Below are positions 37,777-50,509 of a DNA stretch of 64,000 nt, piece by piece. A program made the translations under genes and the position numbers. The first letter of the stretch is position 1. Each line of letters starts with the position of its first letter. The notes under the pieces are model-generated. The model was not told the DNA's origin, ran no database searches, and worked only from the letters and a program-made list of their open reading frames with translations. Source of the stretch: Felis catus (taxonomy: Eukaryota); contig NC_058382.1 of the NCBI RefSeq assembly GCF_018350175.1, positions 53,508,001 to 53,572,000 on the forward strand, given 5' to 3'.

Positions 37777-37925
37777 CAGTGCTTCACAAACTATGTGCAC
37801 ATCAGTCACCTGGGGAGTTGGTCAAAGTGCAGATGTGGATTAAGTCTGGGGGGCCTGGGACTAAGCATTTCTAGCAACTCACAGGTGATGTTGATATTGG
37901 TCCACGATGGGCCCTCTGACTATGG
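37777..37925. mobile_element. MER5-type hAT element
   Basis: 'cagtgcttcacaaact...tcacctggggagttggtcaaagtgcagat...gcatttctagcaactcacaggtgatgttgat'. Confidence 0.82.
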
Positions 37926-38199
37926 TTCTAGCACATAGGGTGTTTGGAACAGCCCAACTACAGGGCTGATTCTGCCACTGAGCATAACGCTTTCTTCCAA
38001 ACCCTACAAACACTCCATTCCCTGAGTGTTACCACGGAACAGTTGCATCCCATGCTAGAAAGTTCTTAAGCAGTGTGATCCAGTGAGAAGGTTATCTCAG
38101 GGGAACCTGGCAATGGCAATTGCACATGCCTGGCCCGCTGTTCCAAGAGATCAAAGCATGACCTCTATGAGGTAAGGCCTCAAAGCAGACCTACAAGTG

Positions 38200-39050
38200 C
38201 TCAACGAATAAATGACAGAACAATAGAAGCAAACGAGAAATGATATAGCCAAATTCAGGAAAGCTGTGTAAAAGAGACAGAAAATCATCACAGAAATCAA
38301 GACCTTTGGAAGCCACTAAAGGGGGAATTGCTGACAAACAATGACATGAAGGTACACTTGAGACCAGTCGTTAAAATTAGATTAAAAAAAAAGGGCAAGA
38401 GTTTAAAATAGATTTTTGAAAAAAAGGGCATTTGACATAACTGATACATGTTAGTTTTATGCATCACTGATATAACTAAGCTAAGGCAATGAATAAAACA
38501 TTTAAAAGAGAAAGAAAATACATATTCAGTGATATAATTCAAGAATGTTTTCCTGAGATAAAATAATATGTGAAATTATAGTTTTAAAGAGTTAAAAGAT
38601 ATGAGAGACAAAAATAATAGCTCTGGAAAACAGAGGAGATTAGATATTACACAATGTTGTGCCTAACACAAGGACCCGACGACCTAAACAAAACAGAGAA
38701 ACAACATTTGAAGATAAGGCTTGAGAGGCCATAATATGTCCTAGGAAATACTGATAGAAATTCATCTAACCTGAGACATATCCTCACATAGTTTCAGGTT
38801 GCAAAGAAAAAGTGGGAATTTCACGGCAATCCAGTTACATATAAGGAGAAAAAAATAATCAGAATGATTGCGGACTTCATGTCAGTGATAATTCAATGCT
38901 AGAAAACAGTGGGACGATGTCTAAAACACCCTCAGGGAAGCAAGATGTGATACCTGTAATGTACAGCCAATCGAATCATCATTCAGCTATTAAGTTAATG
39001 GATAGGTGTCTCCTACCATGCAAGAACTCAGGAGATGTCGTTCTTCTCCC
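38200..39050 (+). mobile_element. Decayed HAL1 / L1 ORF1-region relic
   Basis: A-rich sense strand with ORF1-like phrases 'tgagacatatcctc...gttacatataaggag...atcagaatgattgcggacttc...atgctagaaaacagtgg...catgcaagaactcagg'; no open frame. Confidence 0.75.
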
Positions 39051-39489
39051 TTGGATTTGAAAGTGTCTCTTTGATGGACATCAGGACAGAAATAATCTGG
39101 CTGTTCCATAGAATTTTTAACGTATATATGACTACTCCTACCACACAAAGATGGAAATTTTGAAATAGACAACTGTCCTTGTCAAGATGTGCAAGGGAGC
39201 AAACCACGTGGATACAGCTTCAGTTGTGCTGAGGTGTCCTAGGCAAGCCCCATGTTGTGGGTGTTGCTGCTTCCTTTCTTGGGAGTTGGTTTAGTTTAGT
39301 GGATCAATTAATTGCTAATCACTGAGTCTCTACTTCCTGCTGCTGAGATGGGCTGTTGACCATAGCTGTCTGTAGAACAAAAGGCCACGTATGTCCCAAC
39401 GCAGCCTCGACATCCTTCTTTTTACTCATCCTCATCAAAATCCACTCCATCTACCCCACACTTTCAGGCTGAGCATCCTGAATCATCCC

Positions 39490-40010
39490 CCATTCATTCA
39501 GCAAACATTTATTTATGCTGATAATGGGCCAGGTGTTGTGCTTAACACAGATAAGAACGTGACAGTAAAAAAATAGGCACTGTCCCTGACATCATCAAAC
39601 ATCAGATTAGAGAGGGAGTGAGAGGCATTAATCGAGTAACTCCACACTTACGTAATTAACTAGCTCAGTGATAATAAGTGAGGAGAATGCAGAAGCCACG
39701 GGGTTATGCAAATGTACTAAAGGGGCCATTCAAGCACTAAGAAGGGGTAGGAAAGTTTCCCAGGAGGTAGTTGGGTGGATGTTGAGGCTGGAAGGCTAGT
39801 GATGGATAGGAGTTCATCCTCTGAAGAAAGCAGAGAGTATTTTTCAGGAATAAAGGTAGCATGTGTGAGTTGGGCAGGAATTTACCAACTTGAACTAAAA
39901 GATAAGTGGTCTAAACTGTCATGAGCAAGGGTGGGTGGAAGGTACTAGAGGATGCTAAAGAGAGAAATGGCATCAGACTATACATGATCTCTAATGTCTT
40001 GTTGAGAAGT
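39490..40010 (-). mobile_element. L2 3' region
   Basis: 'cattcattcagcaaacatttatt...gccaggtgttgtgc...gtccctgacatc...ggaaagtttcccaggagg'. Confidence 0.8.
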
Positions 40011-40156
40011 TGACACCAATGGCTTCGACAAATACAGACATTTCCTCATGATAGGATGACAAGATGAATCTACGACTCCTCAGTAAGTTATTGCAACAGA
40101 CTTGTGGCTGGCCTCCCTGCCTCCATCCCAACATTCCTGTCTAACAAATAGTTCTT

Positions 40157-40373
40157 TTTAAAATTTTTTTAACGTTTATTTTATTTTTGAGAGACAGAGA
40201 GAGACAGCATGAACGGGAGAGGGCAGAGAGAGAGGGAAACCCAGAATATGAAGCAGGCTCCAGGCTCTGAGCTGTCAGCACAGAGCCTGACGTGGGGCTC
40301 GAACCCATGAGCCGTGAGATCATGACCTGAGTTGAAGTCGGGCGCTCAACTGACTGAGCCACCCAGGCTCCCC
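40157..40373 (-). mobile_element. CanSINE (SINEC_Fc2-like)
   Basis: TSD taacaaatagttctt (40142-40156) / taacaaacagttctt (40376-40390). Confidence 0.97.
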
Positions 40374-40659
40374 TTTAACAAACAGTTCTTATCAAATGAT
40401 GCTGCTGCTCAGAATGGGTCAGAGGCTCCATGTTGCCCAGGGGATAGAGTCTAGACCCTATCTTCTGGTAAGTGAGATCTTTCATGACCCAGTCAACCTT
40501 TCCTACCCTGCTTTACTTTTGTCCCCAACATGCACAGTCCACTCCAGCCAGACATATGTATTTACCAAGTATGGTCTTGGTTTGTTCATAATTGCCTGTG
40601 CTGAGTTGCCAGAAAGCTTTCGCTTTTCTCTGAGTTTCAAAAACACCAGCGTGTGTCCA

Positions 40660-40850
40660 AACAACAGCGTCCATTGGAAAGATTATGGGTGTTGGTATTG
40701 CATAGATAGTGATTCAGATTCTGTCTTGCTACTTACTAGCCATGTAACCTTTGGCAAGATCCATTCCCCCATTATAAAAAAGGGGTAAATAATGGTAGTT
40801 GCTGTAAACATATAATATCATAGATTTTGTGAGAATTAAATAGGATCCCT
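40660..40850 (+). mobile_element. MIR
   Basis: 'ctacttactagccatgtaacctttggcaagat...taataatggtag-like...ttgtgagaattaaat'. Confidence 0.75.
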
Positions 40851-40867
40851 CCTCTGTCTCTCCAGAC

Positions 40868-40895
40868 AGACACACACACACACACACACACACAC
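40868..40895. repeat. (CA)n microsatellite
   Basis: Seen directly. Confidence 0.95.
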
Positions 40896-41038
40896 TGCAT
40901 ATCATACATTTCAAGCCTGTTCCTTACTGGAGATTGAAATAATACTATGCCATTTGTTTATTTCTATTGCTGTTGGTTATCACTGCTACTACTTCTGGGA
41001 CTACTAGAGCTACTACTATTGATATTTTCTAAGTTCTG

Positions 41039-41229
41039 TTTTTTTTTATTTTTAATTTATTTTTTTGGGGGGGGAGGGGCAGAGAGATTTAGAGAGAGGG
41101 CATCCCGGTCAGGCTCAGTGCTGCCAGTGCAGAGCCCAATGTGGGGCTTGAACCCAAGAACCGAGACATCACGACCTGAGCCAAAACCAAGAGTTGGATG
41201 CTTAACTGACTGAGCCACCAAGGCACCCC
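41039..41229 (-). mobile_element. CanSINE (older)
   Basis: Ends gagccaccaaggcacccc; T-rich tail at left. Confidence 0.93.
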
Positions 41230-41561
41230 TCAAGTCTTGCTGTTTCTGTTAAAAACTTCTTGGGTCGTTAAATTTTACAGGAAATTCCCTCCGTCTAAAG
41301 GTGTTGTCATTTGAACTACTCACTTAATATCAGTTACATAATGCCATTTACATAGTTCCATATTCTGTATAAGAATGTGGCAGCTCTTGTCTTTGGTTGG
41401 GCTTTGTGAATGTGATAACAGCCTTATAATCTACCAGTTGATGTTAAATGCCAAATGGTAAGTAGGCTCATCTACCTTTCAAGCCATGGAAGCTTTTACT
41501 TAATTATTAGTAAGACAAAAATTTCCAACCAGGCCTTCTCACTTAATTTCCTACATGTGTC

Positions 41562-41786
41562 TTTTTTTTATATATTTGATGTTTATTTATTTATTTTTAA
41601 AGAGCAAGAGAGAGAACGTGTGAGCAGGGTAGAGGCAGAGAGGGAGAGGGAGAAAGAGAGTCCCAATCAGGCTCTGTGCTGACAGGACAGAGTCCGACAT
41701 GGGGCTCAGTCCCATGAACCACAAGATCATGACCTGAGCCAAAATCAAGAGTTGGATGCTTAACCAACTGTGCCACCCAGGCACCC
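41562..41786 (-). mobile_element. CanSINE (older)
   Basis: Ends gccacccaggcaccc; degenerate TSD tcctacatgtgt / tcctgtgtgtgt. Confidence 0.94.
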
Positions 41787-42639
41787 TCCTGTGTGTGTGT
41801 TCACTTTGAGGAAGCTGATAAGCCATGATGAGTTTCCATAGCCTCTTCTGCAATCTGTGTAGTCCAGTGGCTTCTCATTCAAGCCTCTCCTCTCCTTCGG
41901 GCTCTTGATTGAAAAAGCAATGGTGCCAACATCTCAGAAGACTTTTCATTTAGTGTCACACTGCCCTGGTGCCATGGCTACTCCTTGTTTCCCCTGTTCT
42001 TTGCCCAACTTAGTAAGGTTTTTTTTTTGTTTGTTTGTTTTGTTGTTGTTGTTGTTGTTGTTGTTTGATAAGAGCTTTCTAGGCTAATATCATTCTTCTG
42101 CTGGGCACCTATGACCTCTATTCATTGTTCCATCCATTCACCCACAAATATTGAGGGATGTTCTTTTTATATGTGAGGCCCTGTGCTATGCACCGGAGAT
42201 ACAGAAATCCATGGATCCAATACAATTCTTGCTCTTACGGAGTTTACAGGACTTACAGTGCAGCAGAAGACCTTTCCACAACCTTCACTGATCACGATTT
42301 CATGGGCTGCTCTTTTTCTGTTGAAAAGGTCAATTGTTCATTTTCGGGTGTACCTTCTTAGTGGCTGAACACCCCATACCTTGGGCTGGCTGCTGGGTTT
42401 CCATCACTTCTATTTTCCTTCATAAAGACTCTTCCAATGTAATTCATTGCTTAAAATTACTTTCTGCCAGACCGCATTCCAGATGCCAAGGGACTAGTGT
42501 GACATGATCATCACTCTACGCCTGGCACCTTGAACAGCACCAGGCAAACAGCAGGTGCACAATAAATGCTTGTTAACGATTATCTAGTATTCCAGCATAG
42601 CTGTCCCCATTGTACAAAAGGACAGTCCTTGATCTCTTG

Positions 42640-42880
42640 ACATGGTATGTAGAAGCATAGAGACTACCCTGGACTCAGATCCCAGATGGAATCCCAATTT
42701 CACCACTTGTGAGATAAATGACCTTGAGAAAGTTACTTGACCTCCCCAAGGCTGGTTGTGATCATACACAAATGGGATAACAACAGTATCAAGCTCATGA
42801 ATCGGTAAAGACCTAACAGGCACGTAGCACAGTACCCAGCTCCCAATAAACAATGTATGTTGCCTTCTTATTATTGACCC
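42640..42880 (+). mobile_element. MIR, near full length
   Basis: 'aatcccaatttcaccactt...tgaccttgagaaagttacttgacctc...aaatgggataacaacagta...ctcccaataaa'. Confidence 0.85.
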
Positions 42881-43579
42881 TTTTCTTTGCCATTTGTGAG
42901 AGAGGCATCTGGGCTGGGCTGCACCTTCTCATTTGTCTTGTTGTTTTCTTCCTCCTCCTCCTCATACCGCGGTGACGATAGAGGAAGATGCTTACATGTG
43001 CCATGGGTACCACTGAGGTCTGTTTCTCCTCAGACACTTTTGAACACTTTTTTTTCCCTCAAAGGAAACTGTTGTGCATGTTGTTCTGTTCCATGTATGT
43101 CTTTCTTGGTGAGCCACTCATTCCCTAGAGGTGAGTCATCGATGACTTCAAGTGCCCCAGAATATCCTTCATGTGTTAACATACAGCTGGGAAGGACCAT
43201 GTGTCAGGAAACACATACGAGACCTAGGCACAGATGGGAAACACAGACTGACTCATTGCCCAGGACTGTGGGCACAAGCCCTGATGACTTTCCAGGACTT
43301 TCCAAAACTTTCCATGATATGAGCTCTTTTCAGACTCCAGAGCGGTGGATCTTTACTTCATTTAGGGGGAGAGGGATCTGTTACAAACCCCTTTGAAAAT
43401 ATGATATAAAACCTGAAATACTGTCCATGTCTATAACTAACCAGTCAGATCTGACTAATTGGAATGGACGTGTGTTGTAAACAACTGGAACAATGGTATT
43501 AGCTCATGCCAACTGCATACTAACCCTGCACTCTGCAAACAATTTAATGGGATTTATGGAACCCTGCTCCCCACATATT

Positions 43580-44070
43580 AATTTCAATGACAAGCATTAT
43601 TTCCTAAACACATACTCTGTGTCAGGCCCCAGCAATGCCCTGGGGTTACAACAGTGCATATTCTCCGCGTGGTCCCTCAAGTTTATAACGTGGCTGAAGA
43701 CAGACGTTAAACCGATAAGCACATCAATTCCTACATGATTAGAACTGTACTAAGTGCTATGTTGGGCAAGAGAGGGGCCTTACCCCACTGGGACCCTGGG
43801 GGTGAAGACGGAGCACATCATGAAAAGCTCACTTCAAAAAGCTGTGGGGAAGCACATCCCAAAAGGATGCATCAGGCAGGTGAATGTGGGAGAGTAATAC
43901 GGCCAAGAGACTGTAGGCAAGGAGACTTTCAAGATGTTGAGGAGCAAAGATAATGCTGGTGAGTCTGAAGCACAGATAACAAGATAGCCAGTGGTGAGAA
44001 ATGAGGCTGGGCAGGTAGGCAGAGCATATCGGCCATAGCTGAGAAGGCCACATTGAGGTGCACATAGAAC
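43580..44070 (-). mobile_element. L2 fragment
   Basis: 'tactctgtgtcaggccc...ccctcaagtttata...taagtgctatg...gaaatgaggctgggcaggtaggcagagcatatc'. Confidence 0.78.
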
Positions 44071-44339
44071 TTACTACAGGTGAAGTCAGTCAGCAACTAG
44101 TAAAGGTCTGGATTCATAATTACTTCATTGTCACTGTTGCTTTCAGGTGTCAAATTCAGCTGCTGGATCTCACAACCAACCTGTCAAAAATGTTCTAGGT
44201 AGCTGAGATCTGAGATTCCAGTCCCAGACGGTTCATCCATCCATCACATGCACCCACCCGTCTATCTATCCGCACACCTACTCATCCACCCACCACCTAC
44301 GCATCCATTTATTCATCCACCCACCCATGCAGTGACTGA

Positions 44340-44790
44340 TTCGTGCATGCAGTTCTCCAGGGACAGGACTGTACAGGTTGGTAAAGTAACATGGCGCCTA
44401 CAACACGACTTTCACCTTGAAAAGTCTTACAGTGAAATAAGAGAAACGTTTAAGTGAGGAAAGGATGATACAAGGAACTCTGGGCTGGGATGGTGGGGAG
44501 AATTAAGTGTCGAAAGAGCACAAAGGAATGGGGCACACTTTGGAGAAGGTTTTCTAGAAGTGTCCTGAGCTGGGACATGAAGACCGAAGATAGTATGGGA
44601 CAGAAATGTGGCATGAAGTGCAAAGGCCAAAGTGGAGGAAGAGGAGATGTGTGAGAAGTGCCTCACTTCAAGGGGGCTGGATGAGAGGGTGGGATGGGGT
44701 GAAAGGGTGAGAGACGGGATGGGAGAGGTAAGCGGGGGGTCAAGTCATGAACTTTATATAAAGGTCAACGGGTAGCCACTAAACATTTTG
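44340..44790 (-). mobile_element. L2 fragment
   Basis: 'ggagaaggttttctagaagtgtcctgagctggg...gcatgaagtgcaaaggcc...gggtagccactaaacatttt'. Confidence 0.7.
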
Positions 44791-45029
44791 TTTTACTTTG
44801 CTCTGATACTTTTGTTTATGATTTTTGTTTCACTTGTTTGTTTTGTTGACTGGCCGGTTGTTGTTTTTTTTTTTTTTTTGTTTTTTTGTTTTTTTGTTTT
44901 TTTGTTTTTTTGCAGAGACGAGTATATGAAGAATATAGTTTCAATAAATTATGCTCTTGGGAAGAGGCCGTTTGATAAACACATAAAAACGTGATTTTAG
45001 GAACGACATGCGTAATGGAATAAAATAAA

Positions 45030-45240
45030 AAAAAACACTGACTGAGTGCCCACTGTATGCGTGCAAGGCACTTCGCCTAAATTTGCTTCCTTTAATTTCA
45101 CACCAGGGGTACTGCCACGGCTCTAAGTGGGGCCCAAGGGAAAGAGGCTCTCTGCAAGGCCACACAGCTCCTAGGGTGCAGAGCCCAGGCGTAGACCCAG
45201 GGCTGTCTGATTATGCCACCTTTCCATTACACCATGCTCC
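45030..45240 (-). mobile_element. MIR
   Basis: 'actgagtgcccactgtatgc...ctgcaaggccacacagctcctagggtgcagagcccagg...gacccagggctgtctga'. Confidence 0.8.
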
Positions 45241-45439
45241 CACTCCATTTCTCCCCAAACTGATCATTTCCAATTGTGTGGACTAGTGATTTTCAAGACT
45301 TGAGTTGAGGACACCCTAAATTATCCAATTATACCAGGGTATGATGTATAGTTGCCAGACTTTCTCTCAAAGCAAGTTAGTCTTAAATAGTTTGAACTGG
45401 TAAAAAACAAAACAACAACAAAAAAAGCCTTACATATAA

Positions 45440-45630
45440 ATTACCTAAAATGTATCGAGTAGTATGTCCCAAGCGACGTGCTAAATGCTTTAGCTTCCTT
45501 AAGGTGGATGCCATTATGGTCTCCATTTTATGGAGGGCACAGTGGAGCCTTAGATAAGGTGTCTTGCCCATGTGTGCCCAGTGGGATTTCAACCCAGGTG
45601 GTCTGACCCCAGAAGCTTCACCTGGAGCTG
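45440..45630 (-). mobile_element. MIR
   Basis: 'attatggtctccattttatggaggg...cttgccca...gggatttcaacccaggtggtctgaccccagaagc'. Confidence 0.8.
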
Positions 45631-46657
45631 TGAGACTGGCCCGCACATACCAACCTATAACACATCATACAAGGCTTACCTCCACCCAAAGGAAGTCTTA
45701 GGAGGGAGGTGGAGGTTGCTTATGAAATTGATCAAGACACACAGAAGCTCAGAAGAGCTGGAAACCAGTTAAGTTCATGAATGCTCAGTGGATCCCAGAA
45801 AATAGCTGTGGTAGAAAACCTTGAACCACAGAAGTGCCAGTGGTTGACCTTCAGGCTGTAGCTACAACTCTCTTGCTTGTCTTTACTGGGGACGGCACTT
45901 TTCTTTCTGTTAAAATGATTTTCCTCTCATCTTTCCTGCAGAAGAGAGCCCAGAGCAAGCTTTATGGGGTTCCCTTGAATCTGCTGTGAATTTTCTGTGA
46001 GCACTAAGAGCTCCAATGTTATTCCAAGTGACAGTCTTCCTTCCTTCCTTCCTTTTCTCTTTTCTTTCTTTCTTTCCTTCTTTCTCTCTCCCCCTCCTTT
46101 TCTCCCCCGTGTGCAGTTTATGTAGAACATCTGGTTTTAAAAGTGTCGCAATTTTTAAACATATTATAATGCTCATGGGATCAGAATATCAACAGCTGTC
46201 TATTGCGGTGAACCACACGTCTGGAAAACATTCCTTGAAACTGAGTTCTTAAATAAACATAAAGCATCCATAACACACGATGCTGAACAACATCCATTTG
46301 TAAACTGAATATTTAGACCAGATGAAGTGCAAAAGATGATTTTCTGGGTCTGACTGTCAAAGCGGGAAGGGAATCTTAATTTATTTTTAGCCCGGAGGGA
46401 CCATGGGCCTTTGAGCTAAGTTGAGCCTCTGGGGGTCTACACGAAAATACCTGCCTTTGTCTTCTTCCTCTCCCGTTTCTGTCAGTTTGCTGGTTTTGAC
46501 CTCACTCCCTTACTGTTTTCTTATCACGGGAAGTACTTTTTTCCCCCCTCTATCAAGATCTCCAGAAAAGTAGGTGACACTTGACTTTAGTCTACAGCTA
46601 CTCCTTTCTCTCTCTTCTCTCTGGCTTAAGTCTCCAGAAAAGAATTCTATGTTGACG

Positions 46658-46681
46658 TGAGTGTGTGTGTGTGCAGGAGCA

Positions 46682-46719
<38 letters not shown>

Positions 46720-46728
46720 CGTGCGTGC
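46658..46728. repeat. (TG)n/(TGCG)n alternating purine-pyrimidine tract
   Basis: Seen directly; abuts a G4-like motif at 46730-46749. Confidence 0.95.
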
Positions 46729-46759
46729 AGGGGGGTGTGGGAGGGTGGGTGTGAATTCC

Positions 46760-46990
46760 CAACATTTACTGAGCTCTTACTTGTGCCATGTTCCATTCTA
46801 ACGTCTTCCTTGCCAATAATGAATTAATCATCCAAATTAATTCAGGGTGCAAATGCTATTATTATTCCCAGCTTACAGAGGGGCTAACTGTGCACAGAGA
46901 GGTTAAGTAACTTACACAAAATCACACAGCTTGCACGTGGTGGGAGATTAAGTATCATATACAGTTAAAACTGAGAACCATTTTCCCGTG
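46760..46990 (-). mobile_element. MIR
   Basis: 'aacatttactgagctcttacttgtgcca...tattattattcccc...gcacagagaggttaagtaacttacacaaaatcacacagct'. Confidence 0.88.
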
Positions 46991-47350
46991 GTGTGATCTG
47001 GGTTGTATCTGGGGCATCAGGAAAGGTAGGGGATGTTGTTTTTGGTAAGCCAAATCAAGAGACATAATTTTACAAGAAGAAGTATCTTTATGAGCTCGCT
47101 GGGATAGGCTATTTGAAGAGCTCTTGACAAAGTTATGTGCTTTCTTCATGGAATCATTTGAAAGGTGCAGGAGTCTCCAGGTCAATGTCAGTTGGGAGAA
47201 AAACTATCTCATGAGTAGCTGAGGAAAAACGTGCATAAGTTACCTAGATGAGAGCAGAGCTACTTAATTTTGCCCCCCTCTTAAGTGGTCTATCAATAAA
47301 ATGGGGCAGAGGGAGAGAGGGCAAATCATGAACTTCATTAACTTCCTTTA

Positions 47351-47376
47351 GTTTTTTAAGTAACTGTTTATTCATT

Positions 47377-47414
<38 letters not shown>

Positions 47415-47568
47415 CGAGCGAGCAAGCAAGGGAGAGGCAGAGAGTGGGGGGACAGAGGATCTGCAGCTGGCTCTGTGCTGACAGTGGTGAGCCCAATGTG
47501 GGGCTCAAACTCACAAACCGTGAGATCATGACCTGAGCTGAAATCGGATGGAGCCACCCAGGCGCCCC
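47351..47568 (-). mobile_element. CanSINE with internal head deletion
   Basis: Perfect 12-bp TSD taacttccttta (47339-47350 / 47569-47580). Confidence 0.96.
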
Positions 47569-47615
47569 TAACTTCCTTTAAAATGCACTTCCTAGACCTC
47601 TACCACAGTTCAGCT

Positions 47616-47651
47616 AAAACAAACAAACAAACAAACAAACAAACAAACAAA
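47616..47651. repeat. (AAAC)n microsatellite
   Basis: Seen directly. Confidence 0.95.
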
Positions 47652-47659
47652 TCAAGTGT

Positions 47660-49250
47660 ATGTGAAGGGGGGATATGATTCAAAGTGCATTATGTTCTAT
47701 ACACGATTAAGCTTTATTTACAGTGCGGATATTTTTATTCCACTTCTTCATCAGAGACACAGCTCCTGAACAATGAAAAGAGACGTGAATAGTTCTTAAA
47801 CATGCCCTTTAATCATATTTATCATTGATTCCAGAGTCATGGGAAGAGCCCCCACCGCATCAGGTCAGCAAGCATACTAGTCTCTGTGCTACCCTTTAGC
47901 ATTTTGATTTCCTTGACCTAAAGTTTGGTGTTGTGGCCTCAATAAGAATCTAGCTCCAAATTAGGCAGTGCCGCCCGCCCCCTCCGTGGGGTACAAGCCG
48001 GCTTGTAAATAAATGGCTCTGAATAGTCCAACTGGGCTCACGCAGCCCTGCTTAGGGAAACAAGGCATCTATCCCAAGCTCCTATTTTCACCTTGATGTT
48101 AATTCTGCAGCAGAAAGGCTCTCACCTCCCTCCCCAGTGTAAAGTCAAAATCTACATTTAAATGGAGACTTTGCAGGCAGTACAGCCTTGGAAAGCCACT
48201 GAACACAGACCCTGCTGCAATGTAACTGGAAATAAGCTCTGATAAGTGAGGGGGTGGGGGTGGGGGGTAGAAGAAAAGAAGGGAAGAAACAAGGGAGAGC
48301 AATGGCACAGGAAGTGGTCCATGAATTTCTGTTGGAAAAGGTGGAAAAACCAAACTAAGCAGAAACAAAGGGACACTGATTTGGAAAAAAAATCTCCCAT
48401 GAACAGAATCTTTCCTACTATCGGGTGTTTAACTGTAATAAGGCCGTATTCAAGGTACAAAATATGACGGGCTTATCTTTGTATTAAAACAACAACAGAA
48501 AGGGAACAAGGGCAGATATGAGGGTGTTTTTTATACTTGTATTTCCAAACCTCATAAAATATTAGTAGCTGCATCAGCAATAAAAATTAATGGCTCCAGA
48601 TTCTATTGTGTTACCCTCTTCAATTTCATTTTATTAACATTCTCTTTTTCCCCCCCCTTCTTCTCTTTCAGTTTCTGTCTTTCTATCTTCCTAAGTTGTT
48701 TGGGGTTCCAGTGTTTATGAGCTTTATAAGCTTGATAAGACTCCTAGGGCAGAATTTCTAACAAAAAAGGTCAAACAAAAGCTCGCCTGATTCCTTACAT
48801 TGGAGTTTCTATGGTACAGTTAGGTTGTGATAACAGATTGCGATAACATTGTCCAAAAGGAAAGAAAAAGAAAATTCTGGCCTTCATTACTGAGTTTCTT
48901 GCAAATTCACTTTTTCTTTCTTTCATGCTTTTTTTTTTTTCTTTTTTAATAGCAATGACTAAAACTTCAATTTCCTCAGGCCTACCCTGGCCTTTTAAAA
49001 TGTTTTCAGGCCTCTGCGAACACCAAACTCAATTCTGGATTTGCATTTACATAATATAATTTTTACCATCAATTAATCGATCACATTTAAATTCCTGAAA
49101 GTATCCAGTGAGTAATAACTACCCCCCGGGGGCTGTAAAAAGTTAATTTCCAAACACAAAGGCCACTATGACTTTCAAAAAGCTGAGTTGAGTTTCCCAT
49201 TTGAGTCAAACCAAAAAACAAAAGACGAAACAAAAACAAAAAAAATCTTT
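47660..49250. promoter_or_regulatory. Candidate enhancer island
   Basis: About 1.6 kb with no recognisable TE; CTCATAAA 48551, CAATAAAA 48578, TTAATGGC 48587, GATAAC twice (48829, 48842), octamer ATTTGCAT 49039-49046, ATCAATTAATCGAT 49068-49081. Confidence 0.42.
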
Positions 49251-49810
49251 TCTTTTAATGCTCATCGTGAAGATTATTCCAGAGAGATATTTTGCTCAAA
49301 CAATAAAGGAAACCATCAAGGTTTTGAGGCCAGAGAAACCAATGGAGTGGACTAAAAAGCTGTTTCTGGAAGGTACCGCTGTCCTAAATGGGTTCGTCAT
49401 GAATGCTACTGGGCACAGAATTGCCACTCGCCTACGGTCATAAAATGACTGGCCAGGTGACCCAGATGACCCACATCTGGAGGCTGAAATTATGCTGTCC
49501 GATCACAAAGCGAATCCAAAGTTGGATGTACAATAGATGTTCAATAAATGAACAGTTTTGGGGATGAGGAGGCATGGATTAGAGACGCCCATTCTATCAT
49601 CGACTAGTTGGGTGTCCTTGGGCACCTAACTCTCCCTCGATGGTAATGTCTGTCTTCAGAGGTGACTGCCACGAGGTAGTTTAGTGATAGATATGGAAGG
49701 GCTCTGTGAAGGCTGGGGCAGACAGAAGTTGTGTTACTGGGATAGATGTAGGTGCATTCGGGGCATGCTTTCCGTCCTTTGTTTTAACTAGAACGGATCA
49801 AGTTGACTTT

Positions 49811-50072
49811 ATTTTATTTTATTTTATTTTATTTTATTTTATTTTATTTTATTTTATTTTATTTTATTTATTTTATTATTTTTTTTTGGGACAGAGAGAG
49901 ACAGAGCATGAACGCGGGAGGGGCAGAGAGAGAGGGAGACACAGAATCGGAAACAGGCTCCAGGCTCTGAGCCATCAGCCCAGAGCCTGACGCAGGGCTC
50001 GAACTCACGGACCGCGAGATCGTGACCTGGCTGAAGTCGGACGCTTAACCGACTGCGCCACCCAGGCGCCCC
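49811..50072 (-). mobile_element. Young CanSINE (SINEC_Fc-type) with expanded (ATTTT)n tail
   Basis: Perfect 13-bp TSD tcaagttgacttt (49798-49810 / 50073-50085). Confidence 0.98.
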
Positions 50073-50339
50073 TCAAGTTGACTTTTTTAACTAGAATGGA
50101 TTGAGTATGCAAATTTGTCATCCCGAATTTAGCCTTAGAGACACCCCGTCGGGCTGTTTCAACCCTAGTTGTAGATAAACAGTAACTAATAGCTCGGTAA
50201 TAGGCTCTCAGGCAGTACAACCTGGTATTTGTAATAACCGAAGTAACCAAGCTATTCGAAAATACATTAGTTTGGGGAAAAAGAAGAAAAATTAAATAAT
50301 TTGGGATCCATTCTGGCTCGGGTTTTGCATGTTTCCTGC

Positions 50340-50490
50340 ACTATCGCTCTCTGACAAAGCCAAACTCAAGGACAGAAATCAGGACTTATTCATCCCTGGA
50401 TGTCTTCCTTCTTTTCCTCCCCTCAAGGACCTAGCACCGGGCCTGACTATAGTTGGTGCTCAATAAATGTTTGGTGAATGAATGGACAAA
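50340..50490 (+). mobile_element. L2 3' end
   Basis: 'cctagcaccgggcctgactatagttggtgctcaataaatgtttggtgaatgaatgg'. Confidence 0.85.
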
Positions 50491-50509
50491 TGGTGGGAGA
50501 AACATAAAA

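Noticed and set aside
43134..43147. 14-bp perfect palindrome AGTCATCGATGACT
   Set aside because: About four such palindromes are expected by chance in 64 kb (64000/4^7).
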